The notes beneath the pieces were generated by a model that was not told the DNA's origin, did not search any database, and saw nothing but the letters and a program-made list of their open reading frames with translations. A stretch of 63,733 bases of DNA, counting the filler, from Craspedostauros australis (lineage: Eukaryota): NCBI GenBank assembly GCA_030167865.1. It is 10 parts of 10 records of this genome, joined end to end, with 100 filler letters (N's around TTAATTAATTAA, not from the genome) between each part and the next. Parts side by side here need not be neighbours in the genome. Positions count along the whole stretch, not along the records: positions 19,748 to 39,249 come from JALAGF010003835.1; 9 more parts are not named here. One strand, written 5' to 3'. This document shows, one piece after another, positions 23,426-36,210 of the stretch; the stretch's first letter is position 1; each line of letters begins with the position of its first letter. Both the position numbers and the translations under genes were made by a program.

Positions 23426-26400
23426 ATGGCAATGGCGAAGACAACGGCAGCGTCGTCGTCGTCAACACCATCATCCATGGAGTCAACATCGAAGCATTCC
23501 GCGGAGAGCCTTCCAACACCAGCTGCAGACAAGGAGGAGCTTCCGCACGAGAGCCGCAATCGGCAGGCTGGAACAAACGCAACTGGCAACAGGTCAGCGC
23601 AGAACCAGGCAACGCCCACATTGCTATCGCAGAGGCAGATGGAGCGCAGGCGCCTGCGAGAGCAGCAGATGGACAACAGTCCCAATACCGGCGAACCGCA
23701 AGAAGGAGAACACCAGCAGCACAGCCCATCCAAGCGGCAAGCTCCTTTGCACAGCTTGGTTTCGTCTTCGCTGCTGCCCATTCCAAGCAACAAGCCTGCT
23801 GGTGCCGGATACTCGAAGCATCTGCAGAAGTTCTTTGTCAAGGTGCCTGCGGTTGATGAAGCGGCCAATGCACAACCAGACACAAACGCAGATGCTGATG
23901 CAGAGCCCAATCCACACTCCAACATGGGAGCATCCAACCAACGACGATCGCAGCAGCAGCAACTGGATGACGACAATGATGGGGACATCGCACGGCAGAA
24001 ACAACCACAGCCACAACTACAACAGCATCCCACAACTCCCAAACCATCATCATCATCCGAACGGAAACGAAGCTCAAGTCGCGGTCGCATACGACCAACG
24101 ACGCCCAAGTCCGGCAAGCCAACTTCCAAGAACCGAAGGAGGAGGTCTTCACCGCCGAACAAACGTCCCACAAAGCAACGGTCCGAAACAAGCGAGGCCG
24201 GTAGTGGCAGCGGCAGCGGCAGCGGCAGCAGACCCAAGGATATTCGCAAGAGTAAGACCAAAGACAAACCGCGAAGCAAGAGGAGAAGCGGCAGCGCATC
24301 GAAAACGAGCGACCATCGCTCGTCAACGAGACGGTCGCAGAACAGCCAGCGCGAGTCCGATGCTGCAGCCTCATCATCCACCTTGGTGGCGTCCGATCAC
24401 AACTCCGGCAGCGATGGTCACAGCTTCCACATGGAAAGCGACCATGTCGCCAGCCAAAGCAGCGACAACGAATTAGAATTCCACGACGACTTTGAAGACG
24501 GCATCGAGACGCACGGCAGCAGCGACGGCAGCGCGGGTCGCGCGGAGACGCCAACATCCGAGCGCCATGTCAAAGACAGCGAACACAACAAAACGAAACG
24601 CAGTGCCAAACCGAGAAGCAAAAAGAGTCTCATCAACAAAGACAAGCAGAAGGACAAGTACAAATCGAAGAGCCGTTCCAGCAAATCGAAGGATCCAGAT
24701 CAAGACAAGAATCAGCAACCCATCAAGAGCAGCAGTGTCCGAAACGGCGATGTCGGCAAAGGTATCAGTCGGACGAAGCAGACACACGGCAGGACCAAAT
24801 CGCTGGGCGCGGCTCTCAACCTTGGCCACGTACTGTCGCCTGGTGTCTTGTCCAAAGCCAGTCTCGACATGACCCTCGCCACCACGGATGAGACCATCAG
24901 CGCATCGACGTATGGTTCATTCCAAGGCACTCCAGATGATAAGCAGCAACAGCAGAAGTCACAGCTGGAGAAGGAACTGGAAGAGCTGCTCGTCAAATCG
25001 GCAGCCGATTCAGCGGCAGCCGTGATGTCCAAGCTCACGGAACCGCACCGATCGAGATCTACGGAACGTCGGCCACGCAGCGGTTCTCAAGCGCCACGCA
25101 GACGCCACAGATCGCGCGGCAGACCAAATGGAAGGTCGGGTGACAATCATTCGAGGTCGCCGTCGGCACACAGGCAGAGCATCGGTCGTTCGCGAAGTCG
25201 CGGCAGGCTACCGCGTGATTCTGCCAAGCAGGATGGATCGACGTCGCCTGGTGCCAACCGTCGGTTGGAGAAGCGGGGCAGCTTCAGCAGCATGAAAGAT
25301 GTGGCGAAATCGTTATCGGAGAGAGCCAAATCACCTCACAGCATGGGTCGACGACGTCGAGTCCAATCATCATCGACGTCCAACGGTCGGTCGAGGAGCA
25401 GCGGCAAGTCGCCTGGCAGGTACGGTTCCAGGACACTATCGTCAAGGCGACGATCGGACACGCCGGAAGACACCGTCAGCAGTCGCCGAGAACGCAAGAC
25501 GCGGCAGGTATCGTCCACGTCCGCGGCGCCCGAAACGAACTGCGACGACGCTGCGCTGCCTGAAATGCCACCACCTTTGGGCACCTTCGAGATGTTGGCG
25601 CCACCCAGCTCCTCGTCACGACGCAAATCTTCGGATGGAACTAAATCAACGAGCAGGAGCAGCAGTGACGCGAAGGCCAGGAAGAGGTCACCGAAGCTGA
25701 CGCCATCCTCGTCCGCCAATCGCAAGCTGAGGAAGAGCAAGCGGGGTTCCGCAGATGAAGCGCGGTCGCCCAATTCAGCACGTGTTGCGGGATCGGTGTT
25801 GGCGGAACTGCATCCGAGTCGGTCTGCGGACAATGGCAACAGTGTTGACAACGAGAGGGAAGATAGCAGTGGCTATGATATCAACGGTGGTATCAACGAC
25901 GCCGATGATGACGAGTTCGATGAGCTTGCGCCTATTCGGCCATCTTCCACGAAGACATCGCTCAAACCGCAAGACTCATCGTCAGTTCGAAAGATCAAGT
26001 ACATCCCGAGCAGCCGCAAATCAACACCATCGCGCACCAAGTCGGCACCGATCAAGGCAGCACGATTGAACAAATCCGCGTCAAGTCTGTCATCGAGTAA
26101 TCATCGGGATACGGCGTCAGCGGGCGATGCTGAGGTGGACGAAGTCGATGTATCCGCTGAACCACCAGCGTCACCCCGGTCGATGGATTTGCGAAAGCGA
26201 TTCCAAGATGATTTCCCTGATGAGCCCGTTCCGTCGGATATTATCTTGCGGCAGCTGTACAAGGATGAGCCTCCTCCGATAGCGAAAGGTGCTGCGTCCG
26301 TACCTGCACCTGTACCGGCAGCCCAACAGGTCACCCTGTCCATCCCGCAAATATCCAAGCACATGATGAATCGCCAGGATAGCAGCAGCGATTTGAGTTT

Positions 26401-28711
26401 TGCGACGGAGGCAACGTGGGAAGGGTATGGGAAGCAGAAGAAGAAGTCACCGGAGAAGGCACCATCTCTATATTTGGAAAATGGAGTGATTCAGGAAGAG
26501 GGCGATGGCAACAACAACGATGATATGTTCGGCGAGAGCATGCAGCAAAGTCGTCCGTCGTTCCTCGAGCATAACTTGAAGCGCCTCAGCGGCGAGCTCA
26601 GCACAGAACTTGGGAGCAGCTTCGCCTTCCACAGCAGCACTGCGCAGGTCGCCAAGCCCGATGGGCAATTCGACGATGAGACGGCCGAAGAGAGCGGCGT
26701 CACCGAGACTGAGAATGTTCTCGAGATGGATGTAAACAACAACTGCAAAGTCAAGTTTGATCATATGCGAGGTCCGGTATCTGTGCCAGCAAGCAACAAG
26801 CTCACTTTCCACCAATCAACGGGATCCATGGAGAGAAACAATCTGCGATTCCCGACCAAATGGAACGACCGAGCGTTTCACAACAGCACGGGCACGTTCT
26901 TCTCGCAGCAATCATCCACGTCGTCGAACACACCGAACTTGACCACCGCCAATAGTCGTCACACGGAACGCAGCAGTCGATCCATCCCAATTTCAATGGA
27001 TATCGACGACTTGTCCAAATCGGAGCACCGCCCGACCACGAAGTTCAAACCGAAGGCCAAGGTCATCATCGATTCCGAGTGGGAGACCTCGTTGTCGCCG
27101 ACCGTGGAGCAAGATCAGGAACTAGAGCACGAACACGTTCAAACCAAGCAGACGCCAACACTGGTGGAAGATCCCACCACCGATGCGGATGCGACCAATG
27201 AACAGTCCATGGATTGGTTTTCATCGTCCTTCCTGAATCCCAAACAGAGACAAGCAGGGCAGCGTGGAAGGGACGGTGACAATCCAATAGATAATCACCA
27301 GAGTATGCCAATCAAAACACAACAGGGATCACAGCTACTACCAGCCGGTGCAGGCTTCAATGTGGCAGCAAGCATGACCAACGTCATTACACCCTCCAAC
27401 TTCACCAACTCTTCCAATCACAGCGGCAACGGGGATTTGTTCAAGAGTGGCCAAGACATGTTGAAAGGAAGCCGGCATTCAATGGATGGGGACGAATCGT
27501 TGTCCGTGATGGATTTGGAACTCGACCCGTTCGAGGAAGACGAGTCAGGGTCCCACGAGACGAATGAGGAGGAGCAGAAGTCGAAGAGACAGAATCGCTT
27601 CGAAGCATCGTTCTCATCGTTTGAATCAGCCAGCGTCAGCATACACGGCGACAGTTATTCGGATGCCAAGCATGGCGATAGTGGCGTCAAGATGCAGTTG
27701 GAGAAGAATTCCCAATCCATCCTTCTAGACAAGGCGGTCCCAACAATGAAGATCGGACTGGCCAAGGCGATAGCACCAGCGGTGTCTGCAACCGCAGCCT
27801 TAGCCGTTGCAACCGGCGCTTCCAGTAACAGCAGCAGCAACAACAACAACAGCACAAGCAAAGCCAATCGAAGTGCATTTGGAGGCTTCACGAATTTCCG
27901 AGCTCCTGACAAAGCATTCACTGCGCGCAACAACCGAAGCCTACCGGGCCGCAGCAAATCAGACATCGGTGCATTCATGGGATCTGGGACCCTAAAAACG
28001 ATGCAAATCTCGCTGACCAAGAGCAGGAACATTCGAAGTGAAACGAAGACCAACGATTCGCTGGGGACGCAATCGCAGCATCAGCGCAAGCAGCAACAGC
28101 GTAACGATGAGAATCAGTCTCGAATCAAGCGAAGCCATTCATCGGAAGACTTTCTTTCGACACCCTTTGCCGCCAGCATTGGTGCTAAGCATGCTAGCGA
28201 TGGCGGCGGTAATCGAAACGGCAACGCCAACGGCAACGACGATGGACAGTTCTTCACGGTGGAATCAATTCAGAGCCTTGCCTTTGCCAGCAACGGCGAA
28301 GAAGATCCAATGGATCAGTTTCTCAAGACCTGTACTACAACGAGAGCGCCGGCACTAGCACGTTCCAAGACAGATGAGAAGTACCATCGCCGAGCGCATT
28401 CCCGAGAACGGGTGCGTGACAGATCACGCGCACGAACTGATCGCGAGACGGATCGCAACAAGTCTCGTGATCGCGCACGTCAAAGTCGCTTTGCTGCATT
28501 GGATACAGCAAGTGACATTGCGGCAGGGCCGAAGAATCAACTCGGCGACTGGATGGGCAGCAACGAGAATGAAGATATCGGTGACGCAATTGGGAATGAG
28601 GGCGTCATCGAAGTCGGTTCAACGGATATGCTCAGCCCTTTGACAACAGCAACTCGCAAGATGGTGCCAGCCACCGCGCGCCGTCGTCTCCGAGTGGCAC
28701 GGGCATCTTAG
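23426..28711 (+). CDS. Very large (~1760 aa) Ser/Arg-rich, probably disordered protein, function unknown
   Basis: 5.3-kb uninterrupted ORF of low complexity with no recognisable domain. Confidence 0.8.
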   Translation: MAMAKTTAASSSSTPSSMESTSKHSAESLPTPAADKEELPHESRNRQAGTNATGNRSAQNQATPTLLSQRQMERRRLREQQMDNSPNTGEPQEGEHQQHSPSKRQAPLHSLVSSSLLPIPSNKPAGAGYSKHLQKFFVKVPAVDEAANAQPDTNADADAEPNPHSNMGASNQRRSQQQQLDDDNDGDIARQKQPQPQLQQHPTTPKPSSSSERKRSSSRGRIRPTTPKSGKPTSKNRRRRSSPPNKRPTKQRSETSEAGSGSGSGSGSRPKDIRKSKTKDKPRSKRRSGSASKTSDHRSSTRRSQNSQRESDAAASSSTLVASDHNSGSDGHSFHMESDHVASQSSDNELEFHDDFEDGIETHGSSDGSAGRAETPTSERHVKDSEHNKTKRSAKPRSKKSLINKDKQKDKYKSKSRSSKSKDPDQDKNQQPIKSSSVRNGDVGKGISRTKQTHGRTKSLGAALNLGHVLSPGVLSKASLDMTLATTDETISASTYGSFQGTPDDKQQQQKSQLEKELEELLVKSAADSAAAVMSKLTEPHRSRSTERRPRSGSQAPRRRHRSRGRPNGRSGDNHSRSPSAHRQSIGRSRSRGRLPRDSAKQDGSTSPGANRRLEKRGSFSSMKDVAKSLSERAKSPHSMGRRRRVQSSSTSNGRSRSSGKSPGRYGSRTLSSRRRSDTPEDTVSSRRERKTRQVSSTSAAPETNCDDAALPEMPPPLGTFEMLAPPSSSSRRKSSDGTKSTSRSSSDAKARKRSPKLTPSSSANRKLRKSKRGSADEARSPNSARVAGSVLAELHPSRSADNGNSVDNEREDSSGYDINGGINDADDDEFDELAPIRPSSTKTSLKPQDSSSVRKIKYIPSSRKSTPSRTKSAPIKAARLNKSASSLSSSNHRDTASAGDAEVDEVDVSAEPPASPRSMDLRKRFQDDFPDEPVPSDIILRQLYKDEPPPIAKGAASVPAPVPAAQQVTLSIPQISKHMMNRQDSSSDLSFATEATWEGYGKQKKKSPEKAPSLYLENGVIQEEGDGNNNDDMFGESMQQSRPSFLEHNLKRLSGELSTELGSSFAFHSSTAQVAKPDGQFDDETAEESGVTETENVLEMDVNNNCKVKFDHMRGPVSVPASNKLTFHQSTGSMERNNLRFPTKWNDRAFHNSTGTFFSQQSSTSSNTPNLTTANSRHTERSSRSIPISMDIDDLSKSEHRPTTKFKPKAKVIIDSEWETSLSPTVEQDQELEHEHVQTKQTPTLVEDPTTDADATNEQSMDWFSSSFLNPKQRQAGQRGRDGDNPIDNHQSMPIKTQQGSQLLPAGAGFNVAASMTNVITPSNFTNSSNHSGNGDLFKSGQDMLKGSRHSMDGDESLSVMDLELDPFEEDESGSHETNEEEQKSKRQNRFEASFSSFESASVSIHGDSYSDAKHGDSGVKMQLEKNSQSILLDKAVPTMKIGLAKAIAPAVSATAALAVATGASSNSSSNNNNSTSKANRSAFGGFTNFRAPDKAFTARNNRSLPGRSKSDIGAFMGSGTLKTMQISLTKSRNIRSETKTNDSLGTQSQHQRKQQQRNDENQSRIKRSHSSEDFLSTPFAASIGAKHASDGGGNRNGNANGNDDGQFFTVESIQSLAFASNGEEDPMDQFLKTCTTTRAPALARSKTDEKYHRRAHSRERVRDRSRARTDRETDRNKSRDRARQSRFAALDTASDIAAGPKNQLGDWMGSNENEDIGDAIGNEGVIEVGSTDMLSPLTTATRKMVPATARRRLRVARAS

Positions 28712-29874
28712 AGCTTGGACCGTACGGGCGGGAAGCGTAAGTGTAAAGTAGAGCAGTATTGATGAAATCACTCCAGATAAATTACACTTGGGCATTTTGT
28801 GATACTCAATTGCAAGGAGTTCGTACGTGGACGAGTACTTGTTGATGCTTGTGATGGCATCACTCAGTAGTGTGTGGAGAATAATGATTATTTCGAGCAG
28901 TATTCTGCTGGGTCGATGGCAACAGGATCAGATTCTTGACAATCGTTGGGAGATGGTGGACCGCGATGAGCTTCACCTGATCGGACGGGGCTCGGATGAA
29001 ACAACTGCGCTACTTCATGAACACTGCCCATCCAAGAAGACGACGGGATGCAAACCGCATATGCCTGCGATTGGAGTGGAGCGGCTCGACCTCGCCGAGC
29101 ACAGAGCTGTCCATATTATCGGACCCCCTCTGCAGAGGTGAGATCTGCGGAACCGGCTCATTTGATGCTCTTGTGTGGCAATACTCCGTCACGGTTGACC
29201 TGGTCCACAAAGATGCTCCATGATCCGCTGGCAGAAAAGGGAGAGAGAGATCGATTGCCCCACGTTCGCATAACAGGTCGCACCTGTGCCGCACGATAGA
29301 GGGAACCCGAAATGGCTGGTGTTGAGGTTGATGCATTTCCTGCTTGGTGGAATTCCGTGACTTTGGTGCTCCTGCCATCCACCCACATGCTCTCGGGTGT
29401 GTTGCGTTGCCTTCGGGACGTGGACGCTGAGCCTTCGCGGATCCCCAAAGGCCATCGAGCACGTTCCAACGAGGCGTCAGAATTCCGTGAACATCGTGCA
29501 GCCCAGATACCAACAAACTGAGCGAGCACTTCCAATGGACACGCATCAAGTTGCATCAGAGTATAGTAAAAAGATGAATGGCAGGGGATTCGTTGTGCTA
29601 GCAATGCTTATCCTCAGGTAGTCCAATGGCAGCGGGGTCGTGAGTACTAATTTTCCAACCGTTCCTGTGATGTGCAGCGGCTTCACTTGACGCAATAACA
29701 TCCCCGAGGAAGGAGCAACTCCCACAGCCAATCGTTGTTGTGCCCCTCTGTCCACCTATAAACATGGCGGAATGCGAATCGCACAGGTCTCCGACTGGAG
29801 AGTAGCTGCCCAATCCCTTGGAACGCGAAGACATTCATGGCAACGGATCATCGGTGAAAGATCTGGGAATCCGC

Positions 29875-30938
29875 TCATGCAGTGCTCTTGTAGTAATCAG
29901 TCACCATCGGATGCTCGTCAACAACCTTCTCCAAAGCCGAGAGAGCCGGGAAGTTGTCTTTGACCCACGTCTATCCCATTATATAATGCCATATCATATC
30001 AAAACATAGCATCCCGTGTCGGTAGGTGCGTTCAATCAAGATGAACAGAGCATGAAGAATAGCATCAGGACATCACACCATCGCATATCAAACGAACATC
30101 AAGGCAGGAGGACCATGGTGGCGAAACAGGTTAGTCATGTCGCTGTGGAAAAGGAGCAGTGCGGCACCATTTGCCACAGCACAGAGGAATGTGATGCAAA
30201 GCAGTTGCGGGTCGTTGTATGGCACAGAATGCCCAACATTTTCGCACGTTTCTGTTGTATAATATATAAATAGTATAATGTGGTCGTACATAACATCAAG
30301 ACGGAGATGGACGGAATCCCAAAGATCCAAGCTGTCCACAAGTTGCGCTTTTGGCAAAGTGCGCGTGCACCTCCACTTACCTTAGGAACGTGGTCGAGGA
30401 AGCCCATTTCGAATACCTTGAGGGATCCAAACACAACGCTGAGATCAGCAATGGACAGGTCAGTTCCACCTATGAAGGGGCCATCGGTCCGCTTCAGAAT
30501 CTCATCCAGCTGCGAGAAGAACACTTTTCCCTTTCCAGCCATGTACTCTTGGCGGTTCTTCTTCTTTGCCTCCTCGTCCTTGTCTTGTGGAAAGCTGAAC
30601 CACAAGTCCTGGGTCACGTCCAAGGCCTGATCGATGCTCAGGCATAGCTTGGCATCATCGGGGTACAGCTTGGACGCAGCACCCTTCAGCGATTGGCCAA
30701 GCTTTCCAGCGTAGCGCAAGATGGCCAGCGACTGGGTGTACTCGGTGTCGCCAATCTTCAAGACTGGGAGACCTGTGGGGTACATCCCTTCCTTCTTCTT
30801 GGCGCCGAAGTCCGATTGCTTGATGCGGACATCTTTGAAGTCCATTCCGATGGCCTTGAAGGTGATGCGGATTGCTTCGGCGCGGCCGGCGTTGAAGTCA
30901 AAGTAGATGAGCTCATGTGGTTCGGTTGGAAGGCTCAT
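29875..30938 (-). CDS. Glutathione S-transferase (sigma-like), two exons (30381-30938, 29875-29970)
   Basis: ELIYFDFNAGRAEAIR, GLPVLKI, QSLAILRYAGK and GTDLSIADL. A GTAAGT...TAG intron (29971-30380) leads to the terminal exon TWVKDNFPALSALEKVVDEHPMVTDYYKSTA*. Confidence 0.9.
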
Positions 30939-31579
30939 GGTGCTTCGTTCTTGTGCAGGGAGTGGGATGCTTGGTGCGGGTTTGCGATTATGAGGGGAGA
31001 TTTTGGGAGGACAGAGACAGTGATCCCTTGGCGACCACAAGCGGTGGCGTTGGTGCGCATCCCCGCAAGGGTCGGGTCGACACGCGGCGATCCACACGAT
31101 GCCATCAGGCGGCAAGTATCTTTCGGGCTTGTTGTTCGCGATGAACGAAAAAGAACACAACTCCGCTTGTGAAGGATTTGTTGACATCAAGAGGTTTCGC
31201 CGCAAGCGCTGTGTTCGACCCAAGGCGAACAACATGGAACATGTTGATTCTGGCACCTGCGAACAAGGCCCTTCGTAAATAGCCTATATTCGGGGCGCTT
31301 CGGACAGACGAAGTCGATGTCGCTGAATCGAATCTGCTGTTGAATCCACCCAGTCACGAGCCATCAATCAAGTCCACACAACACGATAGAGGCACCACCA
31401 CATCCACCGCACCCATGCGCAGCACAAGAACACGAGCACGACACTCACCGAGAAGAAAGAAGCGGCAATACCCTGAATGCTCCGCCAACAGAAGAGATCA
31501 ATCATCGTGCGTGCATTAGTACGATCCATGGCACGCAGACCAGTATCATATAATACCATACGACGGAGCATACCCAAGG

Positions 31580-32218
31580 ATGTTGAAGGTCGGACGCGTC
31601 TTCTGCGTGCTGAATATTGCCACTTTGGTGTTCCTGCAACCGATCCTGGCCGCTGCGTTCATGCCACATCCGCGTGGTCTCGGATGCAGTGTCACATGCC
31701 AGAGATGGACGAAGGATCCTCGCGGATCACCGCCCACACCAACGGAGCTGTGGGCCGAGATTCCCAACGGTGCCGTTCGAGATAGAGAAGAACCATTGAG
31801 CGCGATGTTTGAACGCGCGGTCGTGTTGCAGCGGGCAGGCTCGTATGAGGATGCCTTGAAGGAGTACGACGTCATCCTCAAGGCCGCCAAGCAATGCAAC
31901 ATCGAGCCGAAGCGGTACGCAGAGGTGCATGTCAACATGGGCGCACTGTACATGCGTCTGGGAGAACCAGAAGAAGCGCGGCATCATTTCCGCGCGGCGC
32001 TGTCGCGTCGAAAGATCGGCAAGGTCTACATCAACCTTGCGGTGCTTTCGTTGCAGGAACTGAAGACCGTTCAGAATAAGGAGCTGGGGAGACCGATCCT
32101 GGAAAAGGCTCGGAAGTACTGCCAGGATGCGTTGAAGCTGGATGAAGAAGACGGAGAGACCAAGGTCACAGCAACTCGTCTACTATCCGATGTGGATCGC
32201 ATGATGCAGCAGATGTGA
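31580..32218 (+). CDS. Small TPR protein, probably plastid-targeted
   Basis: Signal peptide ends in AAA-F. TPR-like AEVHVNMGALYMRLGEPEEARHHFRAAL and KVYINLAVL. Confidence 0.75.
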   Translation: MLKVGRVFCVLNIATLVFLQPILAAAFMPHPRGLGCSVTCQRWTKDPRGSPPTPTELWAEIPNGAVRDREEPLSAMFERAVVLQRAGSYEDALKEYDVILKAAKQCNIEPKRYAEVHVNMGALYMRLGEPEEARHHFRAALSRRKIGKVYINLAVLSLQELKTVQNKELGRPILEKARKYCQDALKLDEEDGETKVTATRLLSDVDRMMQQM

Positions 32219-32718
32219 TGTATCATATTATACGTACGACTACCTACATAGAAACACCAATGCTTGAAGAAATGGAGTACTCGTAAAGGAGGCGATCCGG
32301 AATTCCTGGCGGGAAGAGAGCATGGGCAAGCCTCTCGATTTGCACCTATCGAGGGGGGATGGATCTGTGCAGAATCACGTCTCACCACCATCGCCGGGAT
32401 GATCGTTATCCCTTTCGTGCTTGGCATAAAGACAGTGTACCCGAAGGCCCGTCAATGATGGATCAACGAAAGATCAGGTGCAGCGATAGCAACAGCATGG
32501 ACAGCACAGAGCACGTGCACGAGTACTTATGTAGTTCGTTTACGACATCTAATAGAGTGCTGCCTAACTGTTCGACATGGAAAAAACGCTGTGAGGTCCA
32601 TTTGCTGACGTGCGCCTTTTCGGCGCAATTAATGAACATACCAAAACTGTAACGGGACAGATGAATGCTCGACACCTTGGGATGGTGGTGGAGCGTATCG
32701 TCGCCGTCGCCCGGGGGA

Positions 32719-35083
32719 TTAAGTGACGCTGTTGAGACGTTTGGTTTCCGTGGACCTGGGGAGGTCGCTCAAGACCTTCCCCGTCTCTTTGTCCACCGTC
32801 ATTTCCTTCTTCGAAAAGAAGCTCGAGTAACCCTCAATGTTGATGAACATCGACAGGATGGATGATACCAGCACACAGATGCCCATGATACGGAATGCGA
32901 TGTTGTAGTTGAGCTCGCGGAAGCAAAGCCCAAACACGACGGCTCCCACATTTCCGCCTGCCCCGACAATCCCCGTGACAGAACCCATGTGTTGTGGGTT
33001 GACGTAGGGTACGATACCGTAGGACGACCCCTCTGCCGCCTGCACGAATAATGAGAATAGGACCAACACAAACACGGCCCCCGCGAGTGTGTCGGTATTG
33101 GCGAAGATGAGGACGGAGACGCCTTCCCCAAGCAGCAGAGCAAACTGAGCGACCAGGCGGCCCTGCATGCCCATCGATTCACCGAGGTTGTCGCTGAGAA
33201 CGCCCCCAGCGCCTCGAGCAAACAAGTTCATCCAGCCAAAGATGGATGCGATCGCTGCGGCCGACTCAGTAGATTGTCCGAAGACGTCCTGTTGGTGCGT
33301 CAACCACAAATATACATATAAACAACAAGATGGAAAACGAAGAGAATGTTAGCGTGAGAGACGAAGGGGTGTGGGAAAGGTGTGGGAAAGGTGTCGAAAA
33401 GAGGCCAACCGGTATCGCAATTTCAAGGGTGCGGAAAGGACAAAATCGAACAGCAAGCGATAGAAAACCAATGGGAACAGTACCAGCAACGAGACACCGG
33501 ACACAAGACATATTTCGCTGCCGCTGATGATGACTCGAATCATTGCGAACCAGCCAAAGGCCCTTCACGTTGCAAGACACATGAACATTGACGCCAGCCT
33601 CCACATCATCAACGCCAACTCCAATGCCATCCATTCAGACGTCGTGAATGAATGCAATGAAGACGTACCCTGAAGTAAAGCGCAGCTGCGTTGTTCATCG
33701 TGAGTTCCACACCGAAGCAGCATGCGTATTGGATGAATAACAGCCACGTGTTGAAGTCGGCGCACGCTTCAACGAACGATTCCCAGCAGGACACAGGCGG
33801 CATGTTACCGTGCGCCTTGAGGTCGCTGTAGTTGCCCTTCGGCGCGTCGTCGCTAATGTTGTAAACGATGATGCCCGTGACGAAAGCGACAACGGCAGGA
33901 ACGATGGAAACTGTCCGCCAGGCTATCTCGGAATCGTTGTTGAACAGCGTCTTGAAGACTGGGAACAGGAAGGATCCCATGATGATCTGCGTGACCGAGG
34001 CTCCCAGATTCCCCCAGCCACCAACTAGAGCGTTGGCAGTTCCCACAACCTCCTTGGTGAACATCCGGCTTGTCCAGTACTGACACATAACGAAGGTTCC
34101 ACCGGCCAGACCGATGAAACCGCGGATGATGATCAACCCCCGGGCGGACTGGACGAACCCGATCAACGCCGTCGGGATGGAGGCCCCGCACAGAACAAGC
34201 GCAAAGAGCACGCGTGCACCGTACTTGTCGCAGAGCGGTCCCAGTATGAAGCGCACGAGGATGGTCCCGCCTACTCCTGAGATGGATGATGTCCAGATAT
34301 CCTGCTTGGTCAACCCCAGATCTTCTTGGATCTCTGACAGCAGCGGCGATATGGCAAACCAGATGAAGAAGGCGATGAAGAAGGACCACCATGAGCAATG
34401 GAAGGCTCTCATGTGCGGACGCGCGAAACTGCACAGTTCGATCTCCTTGGCCTTGTCATCTTGTGTCGGATCGATGTCGATATCGTATTCTGAGAACTTC
34501 TTCCATGCCTGTTCGCAGTATGCACAGTGGCACAACATAGCACAGCGCAGCGCAGAGTAGTTGTGGTCAGCAGCAGCAGCAGCAGCAGCACCAGCGTCAA
34601 CGCCAGCAGCAGCAGCAACATGGTGAGCGATTGATGAGTGCACATGTTGGGATCAAGTTTGTGCGATAGCATGACACAGTCGATTGAGTTGGCAGTCGTC
34701 ACGAAGGACAAGTTTTGGAGGAAGAGGCGAGTGAGCGAATGGATATAATAGTGGAATGGTGCAATGTCGTTGGGGGAAACGCGGTCGAAGAGTTGACAAA
34801 ACATTCATCAAACATCGAAAATGGACACCCTGGCCTGACAAAACCATTGCGGATGCCACCGAAACGAGCAGAGAGCACGCAGCGAGAAGTGCGATGGTGA
34901 CCACGATGCTGTGGCCGCAAGGACGGCTCCTCGTGCCGTACAAGCAGCGGAAATGAGCGAGCAATAGAACCGCGAGCGTGTTTTCTGTTTGCACCATACG
35001 GCACACACACAGACAGAGCGGACCTCTGAACGCACCAACTCGTCAACGTCAATGTCAACGCCATCGCCTGCGACGACATCCAT
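32719..35083 (-). CDS. NRT2: High-affinity nitrate transporter NRT2 (MFS/NNP family); exons 32719-33288, 33669-34508 and probable first exon ~35024-35083
   Basis: FARPHMRAFH, FVMCQYWTSRMF, GTANALVGGWGNLG, CFGVELTMNN, FGWMNLFARG and GIVGAGGNVG. Intron 33289-33668 is GTACGT...CAG. The first exon (MDVVAGDG...) is less certain. Confidence 0.92.
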
Positions 35084-36210
35084 CTTGTTGCGCGTTGCGA
35101 TGTTGCAAATCTTGTGGATAAATGTGAATGTGAGTCTGCTGTAACGTGTGCGGATTCGTGCGCGTCTCCTGATGTACTCTGCGATTCTTTGAACTCTCCT
35201 TGGAGATGTTTGTGCAGATGACCCGCTGAGCGAAATGGGCTGCGCAGGGTCCAACCTTGTTCCTGTTCTGGCACCGTCGTGCGAGCAGCAGCCATGGTGC
35301 CCGTTTGTGCAAGGAAGCTCGCTCAGTTGGACAGAAGGAGCAGTTCTCGTCCACGATCAGCATGCCTCGCCCTTGTGTTGTCACCAGCGCGGCGCTAAGC
35401 AGAACTCCATTTTGTGTCTCAGTAGGCGAAAGTGCCCTCCACGTTCCGGGAAGTATGCTTGTGCGCTTTTAGCCTCGAGCGGCATTCTGATCTTTCGCTG
35501 TGAATCACCAACCGCAATTGTGAAGGCGACTTGTGCGGAGCTCACTCGGGGACAAGGAGAGCAATGCAAATGCATGGGGAAGGAACTCGTCAGGACGAGA
35601 GGCACGAATGTGAAAGCCAAACGTCGAGTCCGCGTAGACTATCCAGCATCCAGAAGCTTGGAGGATCCGTATCTGCATCCACATCGATCTCCACCTCCCA
35701 TTTGTGCAACTACCAACGATGGCATCACTACGACTATGATGGGCCCATCTTGTTGCATTTTGTGTCGTCGACTTCGGGAGGATTGAGTGGGATGACCAAA
35801 AGAGAACCTCTTGATTCGGGACTGGGCAAAGATATGCAGGGCATAATGTACCGTGCTCTGTAATACTCTCCATAGTCTGCCAGAGACCACATTCGACAAG
35901 ACAGCAGATTTGGTGAAAGCACTCTCGTAACATGAATGGTAGTATAGCTTGTATAATACATTAACAAGGCGCTTGCAAAGTTCGACTGCAGTGGTCTGGC
36001 GGACTCTGTGGACATATAATAGGAATTGTGTCCAACCGCGCGAATAAGTAGGTTGAGGCGGTGACGTGATCCACTGTGGCAGCTGATGTCTGCGAGCCGG
36101 GAGGTACGGCCATTGTCGTTCGTTCATTCGTCCAATTGGCATGTCAAATCGAATTCCAAGTATAGTACTCTACTATAACAATAGAGAGATCTTGTGTGTC
36201 TCCTCTAAAG

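Noticed and set aside
28827..29870. Short ORFs between the large disordered gene and the GST
   Set aside because: No recognisable motif or consistent frame, so a gene or pseudogene cannot be supported.
35444..35452. Palindromic TTCCGGGAA upstream of NRT2 as a possible nitrate element
   Set aside because: A single 9-mer is not distinguishable from chance without comparative data.
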